A stretch of 64,000 nucleotides of DNA from the human T2T-CHM13v2.0 reference genome, Homo sapiens. The stretch's first letter is position 1; every line of letters starts with the position of its first letter. The DNA is taken from NCBI RefSeq assembly GCF_009914755.1, contig NC_060926.1; one strand, given 5' to 3'. The notes below the pieces were generated by a model. That model searched no databases, was not told the DNA's origin, and saw nothing but the letters and a program-made list of their open reading frames with translations. Shown here piece after piece: positions 45,188-63,930 of the stretch. The position numbers and the translations under genes were made by a program.

Positions 45188-46199
45188 GTAGGTATTATGT
45201 ACAGTTTTCCATTATTTGTAACTTTGAATCTCTCTGTGGTAGCCAACTAATTAAAGTAATTTTTAATCTTTTGGGCAAAAAATTTAATTGGCCCCACAGA
45301 AGATTGCTTTCTCTTTGTTCATTTGATCAGCCGTGGTAATCATATTTAACAGGAAGATTTTAAATTGTCATATAACTACTCTAAAGCTGGTCTTCTTGGA
45401 AGAAGCCCAAATCCACATTTTTTGATTGCATGTATTTAGCATTTTCCAAGGTAAAAAACAACCTGCACATAAATAGTTGAATATTTGTACAAGAAAAATT
45501 GTTGATTGGGGTGGGGGAAATGAGGCTTGGTGGTGGGAGTTAAATCATCTTAAAATTATGACTTACCCCTTGGTCAATTCCCAGCAATAGCTACGAAGCT
45601 AACTTGGTTAAGCCTTGCTTCCTATTCACCCTGGGAATGGTTTGATAATTTACATTCCCAGGAACAACAAAAAGTTAAAAAATACTACTTTACATGTGTA
45701 ATAGGTGCCAAATTTGCAACCTTTAGGTAAGAAGTCAAAACCTCAAAAGCAAAGAAAATATTTGCTTGTTTGGATTTTGAAACTTACATTCAAATTGATG
45801 CACATTTCCTTTTTCTGTAATCACATGATTGAAATTAATATTTTACTTCCCCTAAATTTGTTTAGGGAAGACCTAAAAAAAGAGGAAGAAAAAAAAAGAA
45901 AAATAGCAGTTTGATTTAAGATTAAAATCAGCCCATGTCATTATTGTATCAAAAATTTAAATTCCCCTTTGAAAATAACACCTGCTTCTAGCTTCTACAT
46001 TAATGTAAATACTACTGGATTCACTGGATTTGAAACTGTGGCATTACATTTTCCCTTTAAGCCTTGTCTCAATCATTAGGTTTTAATAATTTCCTTCTGA
46101 ATCATGGATTTATCCTTCCTTTTCTAATACTAGTTGTCACCCTGTTTTAGGTCCCTTTCTTGTCACATGTGGACTATTACTTTTAGTCCTGAAATATTT

Positions 46200-48500
46200 A
46201 AAGATCATTTGCTGAGTGCCTAGACAGGTCAGTAGCATAGGGGATGCAAAAATTGGTAAGTCAAAATTTCTACCTCAAGCAGTTTATAGCCTGGTAAGGC
46301 AGAGATAGATGTAGAAATGTCAATAATATAAACTAGACTGTGCCATAAAGAACCTCCTGGGGTTTCAGAGAAGGACATGTTACTGCTGGTGGCATGGTGT
46401 GGGGAAGCCTTCCCAGAAAAAGGGTGCTTTGAGCTGGGCCTGGATATGTGAGCAGGTTTTATTGGGCAGAGATAAGGGTAAAATCTAAGGAATTACGTGA
46501 AGTATGGTATATAGGAGAAAAGGTGTCATCATGCCCTCAGGAGCAGTAATCCAGTATGACAGGAGGCTTAGGGTGGGTGGGATGTGCAGGGCAAGGACAT
46601 GTAAGTTCTGAAAGGTATGGTGGGACTGGACCCTAGTGTTCTGGTCTAAGGACTGGGAACTTCATTCATAAGGCCATGGGGTTGTTGGAGAAGTTTTTGA
46701 GCCAGGGAACATCATGTTGCTATATGTGTACTCACAAGGTTAATCTGGCAACAGAGTGTAGATTACCTAGGAGTGGGACAAGGGAGTCAAAGACTATTGT
46801 GATGATAGTTTTGGCGTACTATTGTGGAGGCTTAGCCTGGATTGGGGAGATGTGGAAGATCTTGTGGAAGGAGAGGGAGCAGACTGGTCCTTTCAAGGAG
46901 ACAAGGGAGAAAGAGGCAGTCATGGGGAAGATGGTGATGCAGTTGACCGAAAGAAAAGAGGTAGACAGGAGCAGGTTTATGGGAGAGACAACGAGGTTAA
47001 CTTTGTTGTTGTTTAATGTTCTGACAGATGGGTTCATATGTATCTATATAACTGCTGATGTATGCCTTTCTAAATGAAAGACTAGACTTTGGCAGAGAAA
47101 CTGATGTCAACACTATTGGGCTGGAGGAGCCCTCATGTTGGGAGTGGTGGGTGCACAGTGCAGTCAGGCCTGTGCAGGGTCCTTGGTGAGTTCTCCATCC
47201 CAGTGATCAGGAGGCAGAGGGGAGCTGTGGAAACGGGGTGAGGTAGAAGCTGGAGAAGGGAGTTTCAACCTGATGGTGCAGGTCAGTTCTGCGCATTGCT
47301 GTGGAGAGGTCAGAGGGTGATGTATCAAGGCGACTGGGTTTGGTGACTGGATTTTGTGGCCTCGAGAGGACTAGTATACTTTGCGAGGAGCGCTTCTGTG
47401 CAGGGTGTAGGGGGACACTAGATTGCCAGCACAGGGAGTTGAGGTGAATGGGTGCTGAGGAAATAGGCAGAGCAGTGCTGTTTTTTGAGCAGTGGGAATG
47501 AAGGAAATGGAGAAGCATGAGAGCCTGACAGACGGGCAAAGTGAAAGAAAAGGCTGGGGACAGGAGTCAGGGCAGAGAATTAAGTGTGATTAAGTAATGG
47601 AAGAGACTCACTGTGGACACAAGAGTTAAATGAGCTGCAGCAAATGCTTTATTTGTAATGAGGAGATACTGAAGATAGAAGCAGGGAGTGATTATGTCCT
47701 AAGGTCCTGAGGGGGTCAGAAGCAGAAGGGCCCAGGAGGACGGTTAGCTGAGGAAAGGATATGCAAGCAGTAGACCGAGGTGGAGGGTGGGGAGTGTAAG
47801 AACTCTTTTGCTTTGGCTGTGATTTTCTTGGTGGAGTAGGGAGAGGCCATCCTATCCATTGGGTAGTGGAGAGGAGAGGAGGAATGGTATTAGGAGCTTA
47901 AAACAGAAAAGGTTTGGGATAGATGCCATGGGAAATAAAATAGGCACACGGCAATGAAATTGTGGATTGCTGAGTAGAGTTGAAGCCCCCTGGAGTTAGG
48001 CAGAGTAAATTGTAGTGGACTTTACTCGGGATTCGTGTTAGCAAAAGCGTTGTTGAAACAATGGACCAGGCTGGGAAGCAAAACAAGCAAGGCTGAAAGA
48101 TGGCTGATAGAAGTGTCCAGAGGTGTTGGTGGATGGGAGATCAAGCTGGTAATGTATAGCCCAGTGAGTAGCAATGGAGACATAAAAGGGAACTGGGTGA
48201 CTATGCCACAGGAACATTCTGAATCGTATTTTGGCACTGGGGTCATTCTGACTGAGAACCTGGGCAGAGAAGGGCAGGTTTGAGTGGCTGAAGGGATGAG
48301 TAGAGATGAGGAGAGATGCAGCTCATTAAGGAGGAGTTTGAGGAGGTATGGCTAGGTAGGAGGAAGCTGCCAGAGGTTAGTAACAGACCAGGGTAGAGAG
48401 GAAGACTGAGAAAGATAGTGATACCATCCAGGAAAGTTAGGATTGAGTCATTGGGATCCACAGTGGCAGACAGTGATAGATTTTTCCGGTAATGTAGTGT
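46200..48500 (-). mobile_element. Diverged L2 fragments (purine-rich on + strand)
   Basis: catttgctgagtgcc..., ggagaagtttttgagccaggga, ggatgggagatcaagctgg L2-like motifs; boundaries approximate. Confidence 0.55.
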
Positions 48501-48891
48501 CAGGAAAACAGTGGTATTTTTTGCTGATTAGCGTGGCGGCTTTGTGGAGGGTTATTTTAGAAGGGAGAATGACTGAAAACAGCAAGAACGTCATGAGCCT
48601 TTCTAAGTAGTCTTGATAAGCCTGAAAGCAGTATTTGAAATGATTTCTTAGAAATGGAAACACTGGATTTGTTTGGGTTTTTTTTAAGCCTGAAGTTAAA
48701 AAAAGATGGGAAGTATTACTTTATCTGAGAAACCACTGATTCTATGTAAATTCCATTATTCTGTATTGTTGATCATTTTAAATTCTTATGTAAAGTTGAT
48801 TTTGCTTCAGAGCATTCATTATTTTGCATTTAAGTTATTTTCCAGTATATGTGAAATGAGAGACTTAATGTACATTATTTTTCTTCTGTAG

Positions 48892-48944
48892 AATATAGTC
48901 AGTACAACGCTCTGAACGTTCCACTCCACAATAGGAGACACCAG
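48892..48944 (+). CDS. PPP1R21: PPP1R21 exon 8 (YSQYNALNVPLHNRRHQ)
   Basis: ttttcttctgtag| acceptor; CAG|gtaaag donor; 53 nt, phase 1-0. Confidence 0.94.
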
Positions 48945-49447
48945 GTAAAGGATGAAGTACATGTTTTTATTTTCAGTTATATATACATCAGACTTTCCAG
49001 AAACAAGAATTAGTTGTGTTTGGACCTCTGTTTAGTGCATTCAGTCATTGCATTTAACTGTTGCTTTACGTGTTTCTCATACATTTATTCAAATGTAGCT
49101 TGCTTTTTATTGCATTCATAAGTAACACAGATTTTTGCTATCTCCCTTGTCTGATAACATTAGAACTAAATTATGAGATGCATTAATGTTTTGAGCCATA
49201 CTTTTTTGTGGATTGGTAGACCTTATACTTAAGTGGTCTGGGTTAAGTGCAGGAGGTGTATTTGCCAAATTGGTGGCTTTCTAATTTACTTAGATAGGAA
49301 TATTAAAATTCAAGTGGGAGCAGATGAATTTAAAGTAAGGAATAATCACACTAGGATTCAAATGTTTTCTCCAGATCAGACTCAATAAAGTTCTTTTAGG
49401 ATAATAATTTGAGAGTTGACCTTAACTATATATTTTTCATTTTAAAG

Positions 49448-49597
49448 CTGAAGATGCGAGATATTGCTGGGCAGGCCCTGGCTTTTGTTCAGGATCTTGT
49501 GACGGCTCTTCTAAACTTTCATACCTACACAGAACAGAGGATTCAAATTTTTCCTGTTGATTCTGCCATTGACACTATATCTCCATTGAATCAGAAG
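49448..49597 (+). CDS. PPP1R21: PPP1R21 exon 9 (LKMRDIAGQALAF...SPLNQK)
   Basis: tttttcattttaaag| acceptor (AAG type); AAG|gtaaat donor; 150 nt, phase 0-0. Confidence 0.93.
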
Positions 49598-49787
49598 GTA
49601 AATTTAATTCAGGATACATTTTGTTTGCCCTGAACAAAATAGGGAGATATTGTTTGTTTTTAGACCTCTTCTGTGCACCATCCAAGTACTGCAAAGGACA
49701 TGGAAAAAACCCAAAAAGCATAGTTTTTACTCTCAAAATAAAATATGGCAAAAATAGAGATTCTTAAGAAATTAAATTCTAGGGAAG

Positions 49788-50481
<694 letters not shown>

Positions 50482-51321
50482 CTTGGGGAGTTTTTAAAAG
50501 ACCTCAGTGTGAGCGAGTGAGTGGTATGGCCAGTAAGTGGTATGAGATCACCGGGGAATGGAGGTCACTGTAGGTGGTAATGTCTGGGAAAGATTCTTTG
50601 GGGATTTGAATGGGTCTTGAAAAATTAGCAAGGTTTAAATAGGAGGAGAGAAGTGGGATACACTTTTTCCCCCAGAAGAGAATGACATGAACAAAATCAT
50701 GGAGCAGGAAAGCATAGGGAGTGTGGGGGTTGGGAACAGGGTGAGGCATGGGGAGGGAATAATGAGCAAACTGTGTTGGCTGAAATGTGAAGTCCTCAGA
50801 AGGGGAGGTATGGAAAGGAAGGTTGAAAGAGAAAAAATGGCTCCAGGTTCTAAAAGGCCCCTAAGGGCAGGCCAAGACATAGACCTTCACTTTGTTTGTA
50901 GGATTGAGGCCTTTATAGCTTTTTGATCGGGGGTGACATAAAAGTGCCATTTTATTGTCGGAAAAATTAATTTGCTGGCATTTCTCTCCCTGATTGTACT
51001 CACAGTGTAACTTTCATCACTGGGCATGTTTAGGAGTAAAACAACCTGTGTGGTATAGTTGACCTTTTTCCTTCCTGCTGAGTTATGGAGTGGGAGACAC
51101 ACTGCTTATCCAGTTGAGCTTGGGGGGCATTTTCAGGGTTTGTGAGGTTCAAACAGGGTTTAAATGTCACTTTCTTCAATCCATGTGCCTTTTTTGGGCC
51201 ATTAGATTTTGCTTCTTTCTTTCCCTTTTTTCTCCCCTGCTAATTCTAAAAAACAATTTAAGGTAGCTTACAAAATTTCATTTAACCGAAAAGGATAAAA
51301 TAAATGTTGTGAGTATATTAG

Positions 51322-51800
51322 CTATGTATTGCTATGTAATAAATTACCCCAAAACTTCATAGTTTAAAACAACAAACATTTACTATCTCACAGTTGCTGC
51401 GGGTCAAGAATGGAGGGGCTAGTTAGCTGGCTCATGATCTCTCATAAGGTTTCAGTCAGGATGTCACTGGAGCTGGGGGATTTGCATCCCAGGTGGCCGA
51501 CTTACATGCCTGGTGAGTTAGTGCTAGTAGTTGGCTGGGAACCTCAGTTTCTTATTGCCTGGCTCTTTGAGTGTCCTCATAAATGGCAGCTAACATTTCT
51601 CATAGCGAGCGATCTAAGAGCAAGGTGGAAGCCACAGTGCCTTTTGACATAGCCTAGGTAGTCACGTATCATCACTTCTTCAGTATCGTATTGGTCACAC
51701 AGACCAGACCAACCTTGAAACAATGTGAGAGGGTAGTACACAAAACCAAAAATACCAGGAAGTGGAGACAATTGAAGCCATCTTAGAAGCTGACTCTCAC
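51322..51800 (-). mobile_element. MLT1 solo LTR
   Basis: aattaccccaaaacttcatagtttaaaacaacaaacatttactatctcacag motif. Confidence 0.75.
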
Positions 51801-51999
51801 AGGGTGGAAATTGAGGGAAATTGCTATACATGTGTGCTGTAAGTGCCTCATGATGTGGCAGTCTGAAATATGAGTCATGCCATTCGTCCTACATAACCTG
51901 ATTCTTATTCCCTGCTTCTTCTGTGCATCATGCAGTATTTTCAGGGTCTGAACAGTGTTTATGTCTGTGGGTCCCCTACGTGCCTATTAGTGCAGCAAA

Positions 52000-52235
52000 G
52001 ACTTGGACTCAGGAGTTAGACTTCCTGGGTTCCCAGTCCATTTCTGCCACTTTCTCAGTTATGTCCTCTTGGGAAATATACTTACTCTCTCTGCGCTTCC
52101 GTTTTCTCATCTTTAAAATGGGAGATAGAATACCTACCTCACAGGTAAGCGTATTTGAGGATTCAATAAGATAATACATGTAAAGCACTAAAAACAGTGC
52201 GTGGCATGTAATACTAGCACCCAATAAAGATTAGC
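52000..52235 (+). mobile_element. MIR
   Basis: MIR core and 3' end. Confidence 0.8.
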
Positions 52236-52472
52236 TCTTAGGATCATCATCGTTATGTCTTACACATAGGAAGCCATCATTAGGTGCTTGGCTTTCATCA
52301 ATTTTGGTCTGACTCTACACGTCTATTGAAGTTTGTAAAAATTAAACATTGGGCCTTTGAAATGTTCTTTAATATCACTGTGGGAAAAAGCTTTCAGAAG
52401 ATCTGGATAGGGAAGACAGTACTGCAACATTTTAATGTAGTTATGCTTTCTTTTATACTTCCTGTAATATTA

Positions 52473-53212
<740 letters not shown>

Positions 53213-53222
53213 ATATATTTGA

Positions 53223-53224
<2 letters not shown>

Positions 53225-53268
<44 letters not shown>

Positions 53269-53500
53269 CACACACACACATATATATATAGAGCATATAT
53301 ATATATAGCATATATATATAGAGCATATATATATAGAGAGAGAGCATATATATATAGAGAGAGAGCATATATATATATAGAGCATATATATATATATATA
53401 GAGCATATATATATATATATAGAGCATATATATATATATAGAGAGAGAGAGCATATATATATATAGAGAGAGAGAGAGCATATATATATATATATATATG
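53225..53500. repeat. Compound microsatellite: (TG)n(TA)n(CA)n then repeated (GA)nGC(AT)n units
   Basis: Read directly. Confidence 0.95.
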
Positions 53501-54150
53501 CTAACCAGTATTGGATAGAATATACTATCCAATACTGGTTCTTTGTCCATTATTGGAATTTTATTTTAGCTTGTTGCCATGTTATACCCACATAGTGAGA
53601 ATCAAATATATTAATCTTAATTTGTTTGAGTCATTTCATTACTTTGAATAATTCATGTATTTCTCATTACTTTACCTTTGGTGCTTTGGCCTATAAAAGA
53701 TCCTATGTGATTTTTGTAATAAGTCTGTGTTATTGAAGGAGATTCAGAAACCATTTGTTAAAAGATGACTGGAGTGTTTAAACTTGTTCATAACATCATA
53801 AAGTAGACCTTTAGACTTGTAAGCTTAGAGTGCATTATATTATACAGCTCTAAAGATTGAAGCCCAAAGAGATTAAGTTACCCAGGGCCATGTGTCTGTG
53901 TAGTTTGTAGTGGATGGGGTCAGTTGAATCACATTTCTGCAAAATGAGATCTTACATTTCTATACTGAGAAATTGAAATTTGAGCTATTATGTAACATTA
54001 GATAATTGAGATATTTAATAAATGAAAATAATCTTTTTGCCTATAAATTTTCTAAATGCCTATAGGATATTTTTCTGAAGCTATTCTTCATACTGAATTA
54101 GTCCCTTGTAAATATTAAGGTTATCAGTGACAGTTATAAAAAGTTATTAA

Positions 54151-54449
54151 GCTGGGCATGTTGGCTCACACCTGTAATCACAGCACTTTGGGAGGCTGAG
54201 GTGGGTGGATCACCTGAGGTCAGGAGTTCAAGACCAGCCTGGCCAACATGGTGAAAGCCCGTCTCTACTAAAAATACAAAAATTAGCTGGGCGTAGTGGT
54301 GAGCATCTGTAGTCCCAACTACTTGGGAAGCTGAGGCAGGAGAATTGCTTGAGAACCCGGGAGGCAGAGGTTGCAGTGAGCCAAGATCCCGCCACTGCAC
54401 TCCAGCTTGGGGGACAGAGTGAAACTCTGTCTCAAAAAAAAAAAAAAAA
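54151..54449 (+). mobile_element. Alu (AluS)
   Basis: Alu consensus. Confidence 0.93.
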
Positions 54450-55000
54450 GGTTTCTGTATCCTCATTTTGATAATTACATCCTTGGAATTTGTTAACACC
54501 AAATATCGTATACATTAAAAATAAGCTTTCCTCAATAGGCTTGTTTTTTAAAAATTGGGTATATAACACAAAAATTTTTGTCGTACAGTCTTGATTTTCA
54601 AATCTTTTTTGTTTGTTTGTTTTTATACTGGGACCTCTATGGAGAAGCAGGTGTTCAGGGAGGCTGACCTGTTGGTCCTAGGTTCTAATGCAGTATTCGC
54701 TCCCTATTTCCTCTGATGCCTGGTTATTAATTGTGTCACCCCTCTTCTAGTTCCTCGATTTAGAATGGGATAGGGACTTGGGGGTATCATCTGGGACTAT
54801 TAGAGGGGAGCATCTGTGTTTAGCTTTTAAACCAAATTTCCAATAAAAGTTTCCAAAACTTGAGCACAGGAGTTTGAGGCTGCAGTGAGCCATTATCAGG
54901 TTTACAATTTAGGTTTATAATTTGGTGGGTCCATTTAGAAATGTGTTGATGTTTGTTATTTTCCAGTGATTTAATTCACAATACTTTCCCTCCTGTTTAG

Positions 55001-55102
55001 TTCTCACAATACCTTCATGAAAATGCGTCCTATGTCCGCCCTCTTGAGGAAGGAATGCTTCATTTATTTGAAAGTATCACTGAGGATACTGTGACTGTCT
55101 TG
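55001..55102 (+). CDS. PPP1R21: PPP1R21 exon 10 (FSQYLHENASY...EDTVTVL)
   Basis: ctttccctcctgtttag| acceptor; TTG|gtaatt donor; 102 nt, phase 0-0. Confidence 0.94.
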
Positions 55103-55192
55103 GTAATTTTCTTCCTTGTTTTACTTCTGGAAACTGGGAGCTCCTCTTTGTCCAGTAGCACTTTTAACCTTGAAATTATTTTTCTTTTCCAG

Positions 55193-55281
55193 GAGACAAC
55201 TGTGAAATTGAAAACTTTTTCAGAACACTTAACCTCCTACATATGTTTTCTTAGGAAGATTCTTCCCTATCAGTTAAAAAG
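55193..55281 (+). CDS. PPP1R21: PPP1R21 exon 11 (ETTVKLKTFSEHL...PYQLK S)
   Basis: tttttcttttccag| acceptor; AG|gtagtt donor; 89 nt, phase 0-2. Confidence 0.94.
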
Positions 55282-55870
55282 GTAGTTACCCCCGGAGGCC
55301 AGGGAACTTGGGGAATTGTGGGTGTAACCTGATCTGGCTGGCGTTAATAAAATATTAACATGTGCCTCTTGTGATCTGCCTGACTTTTCTGCTTCACAGT
55401 TAATTTGGACTTCCGTGAAAAAGGAAAAGCATGGTTGAGCAGCATTAACTTAAATTTAAGAAAGTTGAATTATAGTCTGTCAGTTACAGATTTTCAGTTG
55501 TTCTGTACTGTGGTTACCATTATCATCCCTTTGCAGTTAACACCTAGATGGGTGTTCATAATAGTTTCCTTCTACGTTAGGATCTATAAATTTTAGGTTT
55601 CTTTGAAATGGTGTATTTTCTTATTTTTGTTATTAGTGACTTGTTATAAACTAAAAACCTTATCTACTCTAGCCCTTACAGAATACGTCATTTAGTAACC
55701 TTTGATATTCTACTTTAAATATTTCTAGAAGGGCAGAAAAAATAATACGTATTATTAGAAATTTGATAATATTGCTTGTAAGTTTTGATACTTTTGGTTT
55801 ACAACTACCAAGACACCTATTTCATTTAAATCTTTCCATTCTAAGATTTAGCCCTTTTTTAAAAAAATCA

Positions 55871-56870
<1,000 letters not shown>

Positions 56871-58014
56871 ATGTATAAGTAATTATATCAGCCTGGGTGA
56901 TAGAGTCCCTGTCTCTTAAAAAAAAAAAAAAAGAAAAGAATATATAAGTAATTATAAGTCCTTGTAAAACTAAAGTAGTAAGTTTGGCATTTAAGAAATA
57001 TACAATTTTATTATTAAAAAAATTAATATATATTAAGAGACATCTTCTTTCCTAATTCTATCCTTACAAGATATTTCAGTAACAAAATTCTGTGATTTGT
57101 GCATATGATAGGATATTAGGAAATACTGGGAATCAGATAATTATGGCTTAAACTAATTATTATGAACTAATAGTTTTATTTTAGATCATTATATGTTATA
57201 GTTCTGTATAAAGATTTTTTGAAAATCGACTCTAGAGGTTTAACATTAAAGTTGAATGTAACTTTGATTTGGCTTATGTTTAAGAAGAATCTGTTTAAGA
57301 ACCATTGCACAAGTATTTACTACTTGAAAGAGTTATGAATTTTATCTTGCTTCATTTTTTCCATGATTATGTTTTGTAAAACACTGGATGAATTCTTTCT
57401 TAAGCTAAGATTTCTACTTTTGGAATGTTCTGTCCCATATGCTTTCAGCCCTGCTTCACGAGTTATTAATATTTTTCAGCAATTTTGGGGGCATTGGTTT
57501 AAATACCACTTTAATTGACAAGATGACCTGTTGTTTAGTAGTAAATGGGCTTAGAATGGAATGAAGCTGTCTGCTATAAATAAAGTAGAAGAGAAGTTGC
57601 AATGGAGAGAGAATGGAAATGATTATGATTCCTATGCTACCTTTTCTGGCTTTGTCTAAAAACCTTTTTTTTTTGCTTGATTACCTCCACATTTTAAAAT
57701 GAATAGTTAAGACACTACATTTTTTAAAAACCTTGTAATTAAGTTTTCCCAAGTAACTATTTAAAATTAAAAATGGTAAAATGCATTTTATGAATGTTAA
57801 GCGTTTACTTTTAAATTTGAGCCTCTAGATTGTAAATCTGTTTGGCTTTGGAAAAACTATGTGTACTGGAAAAGATTTTCTAGATTCTCTTGCTGGTGTC
57901 AGTGTTAATAATACCAGTTCCTGTTTAATTCATTTTCTTTAGGAATTTAGTCTGTGAAAATTTTTTCCTGTAAATATTTTAATGATTTTTAACATTTAGA
58001 ATATTTAAAAATAT

Positions 58015-58312
58015 GGCCGGGCGTGGTGGTTCATGCCTGTAATCCCAGCACTTTGGGAAGCTGAGGCAGGCGGATCACCCGAGGTCAGGAGTTCGAGACC
58101 AGCCTGACCAACACAGTGAAACCTTGTCTCTACTGAAAGTACAAAAATTAGCCGGGCGTGGTGGTGGGTGCCTGTAATCCCAGCAACTCAGGAGGCTGAG
58201 GCACGAGAATGGCTTGAACCTGGGATGCGGAGGTTACAGTGAGCCGAGATTGCGCCACTGTACTCGAATCTGGAGACAGTGAGAGACTCCGTCTCAAACA
58301 AAAAAGAAAAAG
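58015..58312 (+). mobile_element. Alu (AluS)
   Basis: Alu consensus. Confidence 0.92.
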
Positions 58313-58596
58313 AACATTAGAAATATTCTAATGTTTTGTGTTGCTCTCAGGATGGAAAGATAATGGACATATGCCTTTATCTGTTATTCCATTTAGTCAT
58401 CTTATATTCCATTGGTATTTGCAGCAAGCAGTGTATGTATCATGATGTAAAAAAATGGAGCCATGCAAATGAGATCAAATTCTTTTTTCTGCAATATCTC
58501 TCTTTGGATATAGTTGTTTGAGAACTTGGTTGGCTGCTAGTAGCTAATTGAAAATCGTTTGGGATGCTCACTTCTTAAAAATCTGCCTATTCCTAG

Positions 58597-58733
58597 TTTA
58601 GAAGAAGAATGTGAATCCTCTCTTTGCACATCTGCGTTAAGAGCCAGGAATCTAGAGCTGTCCCAGGACATGAAAAAAATGACAGCTGTGTTTGAGAAGC
58701 TGCAGACTTACATAGCTCTTCTTGCCTTGCCAA
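58597..58733 (+). CDS. PPP1R21: PPP1R21 exon 12 (LEEECESSLC...IALLALP S)
   Basis: cctattcctag| acceptor; A|gtaagt donor; 137 nt, phase 2-1. Confidence 0.94.
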
Positions 58734-58962
58734 GTAAGTATGTTTGTTGCTTAGGGGTCAACTTCAAGGACTTAAGAGTACAAGAAGCTGGAAAAGGGAG
58801 ATGGTTTAGCTAAGTAGAGTGAGAGGAGCATAGGATCTGGCATCAGGAAAACTTGAATTCAAATTCTCTAGCCCCTTATACATTTATGACCTTGGGCAAA
58901 GCTCTTGACCTCTCTGGACTTCTGGTTTTCTATTTATATAATGGAGTTAAATGTTGTGATTA

Positions 58963-59454
<492 letters not shown>

Positions 59455-59478
59455 CTAACTTCAAAAAAAGTATTTTCA

Positions 59479-59801
<323 letters not shown>

Positions 59802-59849
59802 TTAAATGACATTTTTAAGAATGCCATAATTTTTCTGGTACTATGGTTT

Positions 59850-62320
<2,471 letters not shown>

Positions 62321-63837
62321 CATGATGTTGCTTCTCAAGGATTCAGCCTTGGGCATGCATACAGTCACCCTGAGATGACGATGGTGGCAGGGCTCTCCTT
62401 CACTGTCTCTTTCACTGATCACACCCAGGTTTAAGCTCTGCTGATTGCTGATTGATTGCTCTCATTTTCAAAATGTCGTGGGGCATCAATTGTCTATTCA
62501 GAGAATCAATTCAGTTTGGGCTCTTTTACGGGTATAGTTATAGACCTAGTGTACACCTAGCAGGTAGAGTTTTTTGAGATCAGTGTTTGCGCTTCATTCT
62601 GACCCCAGGAGGGCTCTTCTTAGCTATTTCTGTTTCCTGTTCTCTCTGGTAAACCAGGCAGCCCACAGTTTAACTTATATCGCTAATCTACCAATTTCTT
62701 CTTCATTGCTTTTACCACAGCCATAATTTTTTAGAGTACACCCTTAGGCTTGAACTTCTCCACACTGTATTACAAATTAAGTCAGTTCCTTAAGAAGAGA
62801 TTAAGAGCTCTTGTTTTAAGGCTTGCTTATCTCCTGGGCTAAATCTCTATGGGCTAGGGACAGTGGTCATACTTTTCTCTAAGTGACACCCCCTTGTTAG
62901 AAACTGCGCCCTTAGTGGAGGGGGTAGGCAGCAGCCCCCGGTCTCCTTGGTCTGCCTCTTTCAGGGTGGAACTCCTGTTGATGAGCTGGGGCAAGGGTGA
63001 TCAGGGCCCCACTTTTCTTGGCAGCACCACGCCCAAGGTAGAGCCTCCATCTTAGGAGTAGGGGCTGGGTGAAAGAAGGGGAACGTTCCCCGCCTCTGTC
63101 CACACTTGCTCAGAATTTAGCTTCAGCAACAGGTAGCTGGGAGCAAGAGGAGAAATCCAGACCTCTTTAGGAGTTGGGAGAGACGAAGTCCCGTGTTCTT
63201 GGCTATACCTATTGGGAATGGAATTTCTGTCTCCCTGAGCTGTGGGAGGGAGGTAGTGATTCTTGGTTTAAATACCGTAGCCTCTCACTGTTATTACTGA
63301 GTTGTTACAGATTTTCTTGAGTAAATCATGTGCTGTGTTGCCCTTAGAACCGTCTCCAGAGACTTTAAGTGATTGTCCTTTTTGCAAATTTTACCAGTTT
63401 TGCAGAGGGCAAGCAGGTCCACAGAGCTCCTCACGCTGACATGGCAGAAGCAGAACTCTGTGATATTTGGGTAAGAGTGTTTTAGCGATGTTCAGCAAAT
63501 AATGTGTAGGGAATGAAAAATGCATTATATAATAACAAGGTAAACATTCACAAAGACTTTCGTTTTACAAAGAATCATGACAGACTTAATCCTGCTTAAC
63601 AACTGAATTTTGTTTCTCAACCATTAAAAAATATTTGTGGACATAGGAGATGCAAATCATTTAGATGTGCTTATGTGTATCACCATTATGTCTGAATGTA
63701 TCTACCACGATTTTAAGAGGCATTATTTCTAGCACATTACAACCAATCTTCATTCTCTATCTTCCCAAAAGTAGAGGGATACAATGGGCAGTCCATTTTT
63801 CAGGAAAATGCTTAGATTTGTGATTTTGATTTCCTAG

Positions 63838-63930
63838 GTACAGAGCCAGATGGACTCCTTCGGACAAACTACAGTTCTGTGTTAACAAATGTTGGTGCTG
63901 CTCTGCATGGATTTCATGACGTTATGAAAG
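63838..63930 (+). CDS. PPP1R21: PPP1R21 exon 13 (TEPDGLLRTNY...GFHDVMK)
   Basis: ttttgatttcctag| acceptor; G|gtaggc donor; 93 nt, phase 1-1. Confidence 0.94.

Noticed and set aside
46676-47077. 133-aa ORF in intron 7
   Set aside because: Lies in purine-skewed, L2-like decayed sequence; no recognisable protein or splice support
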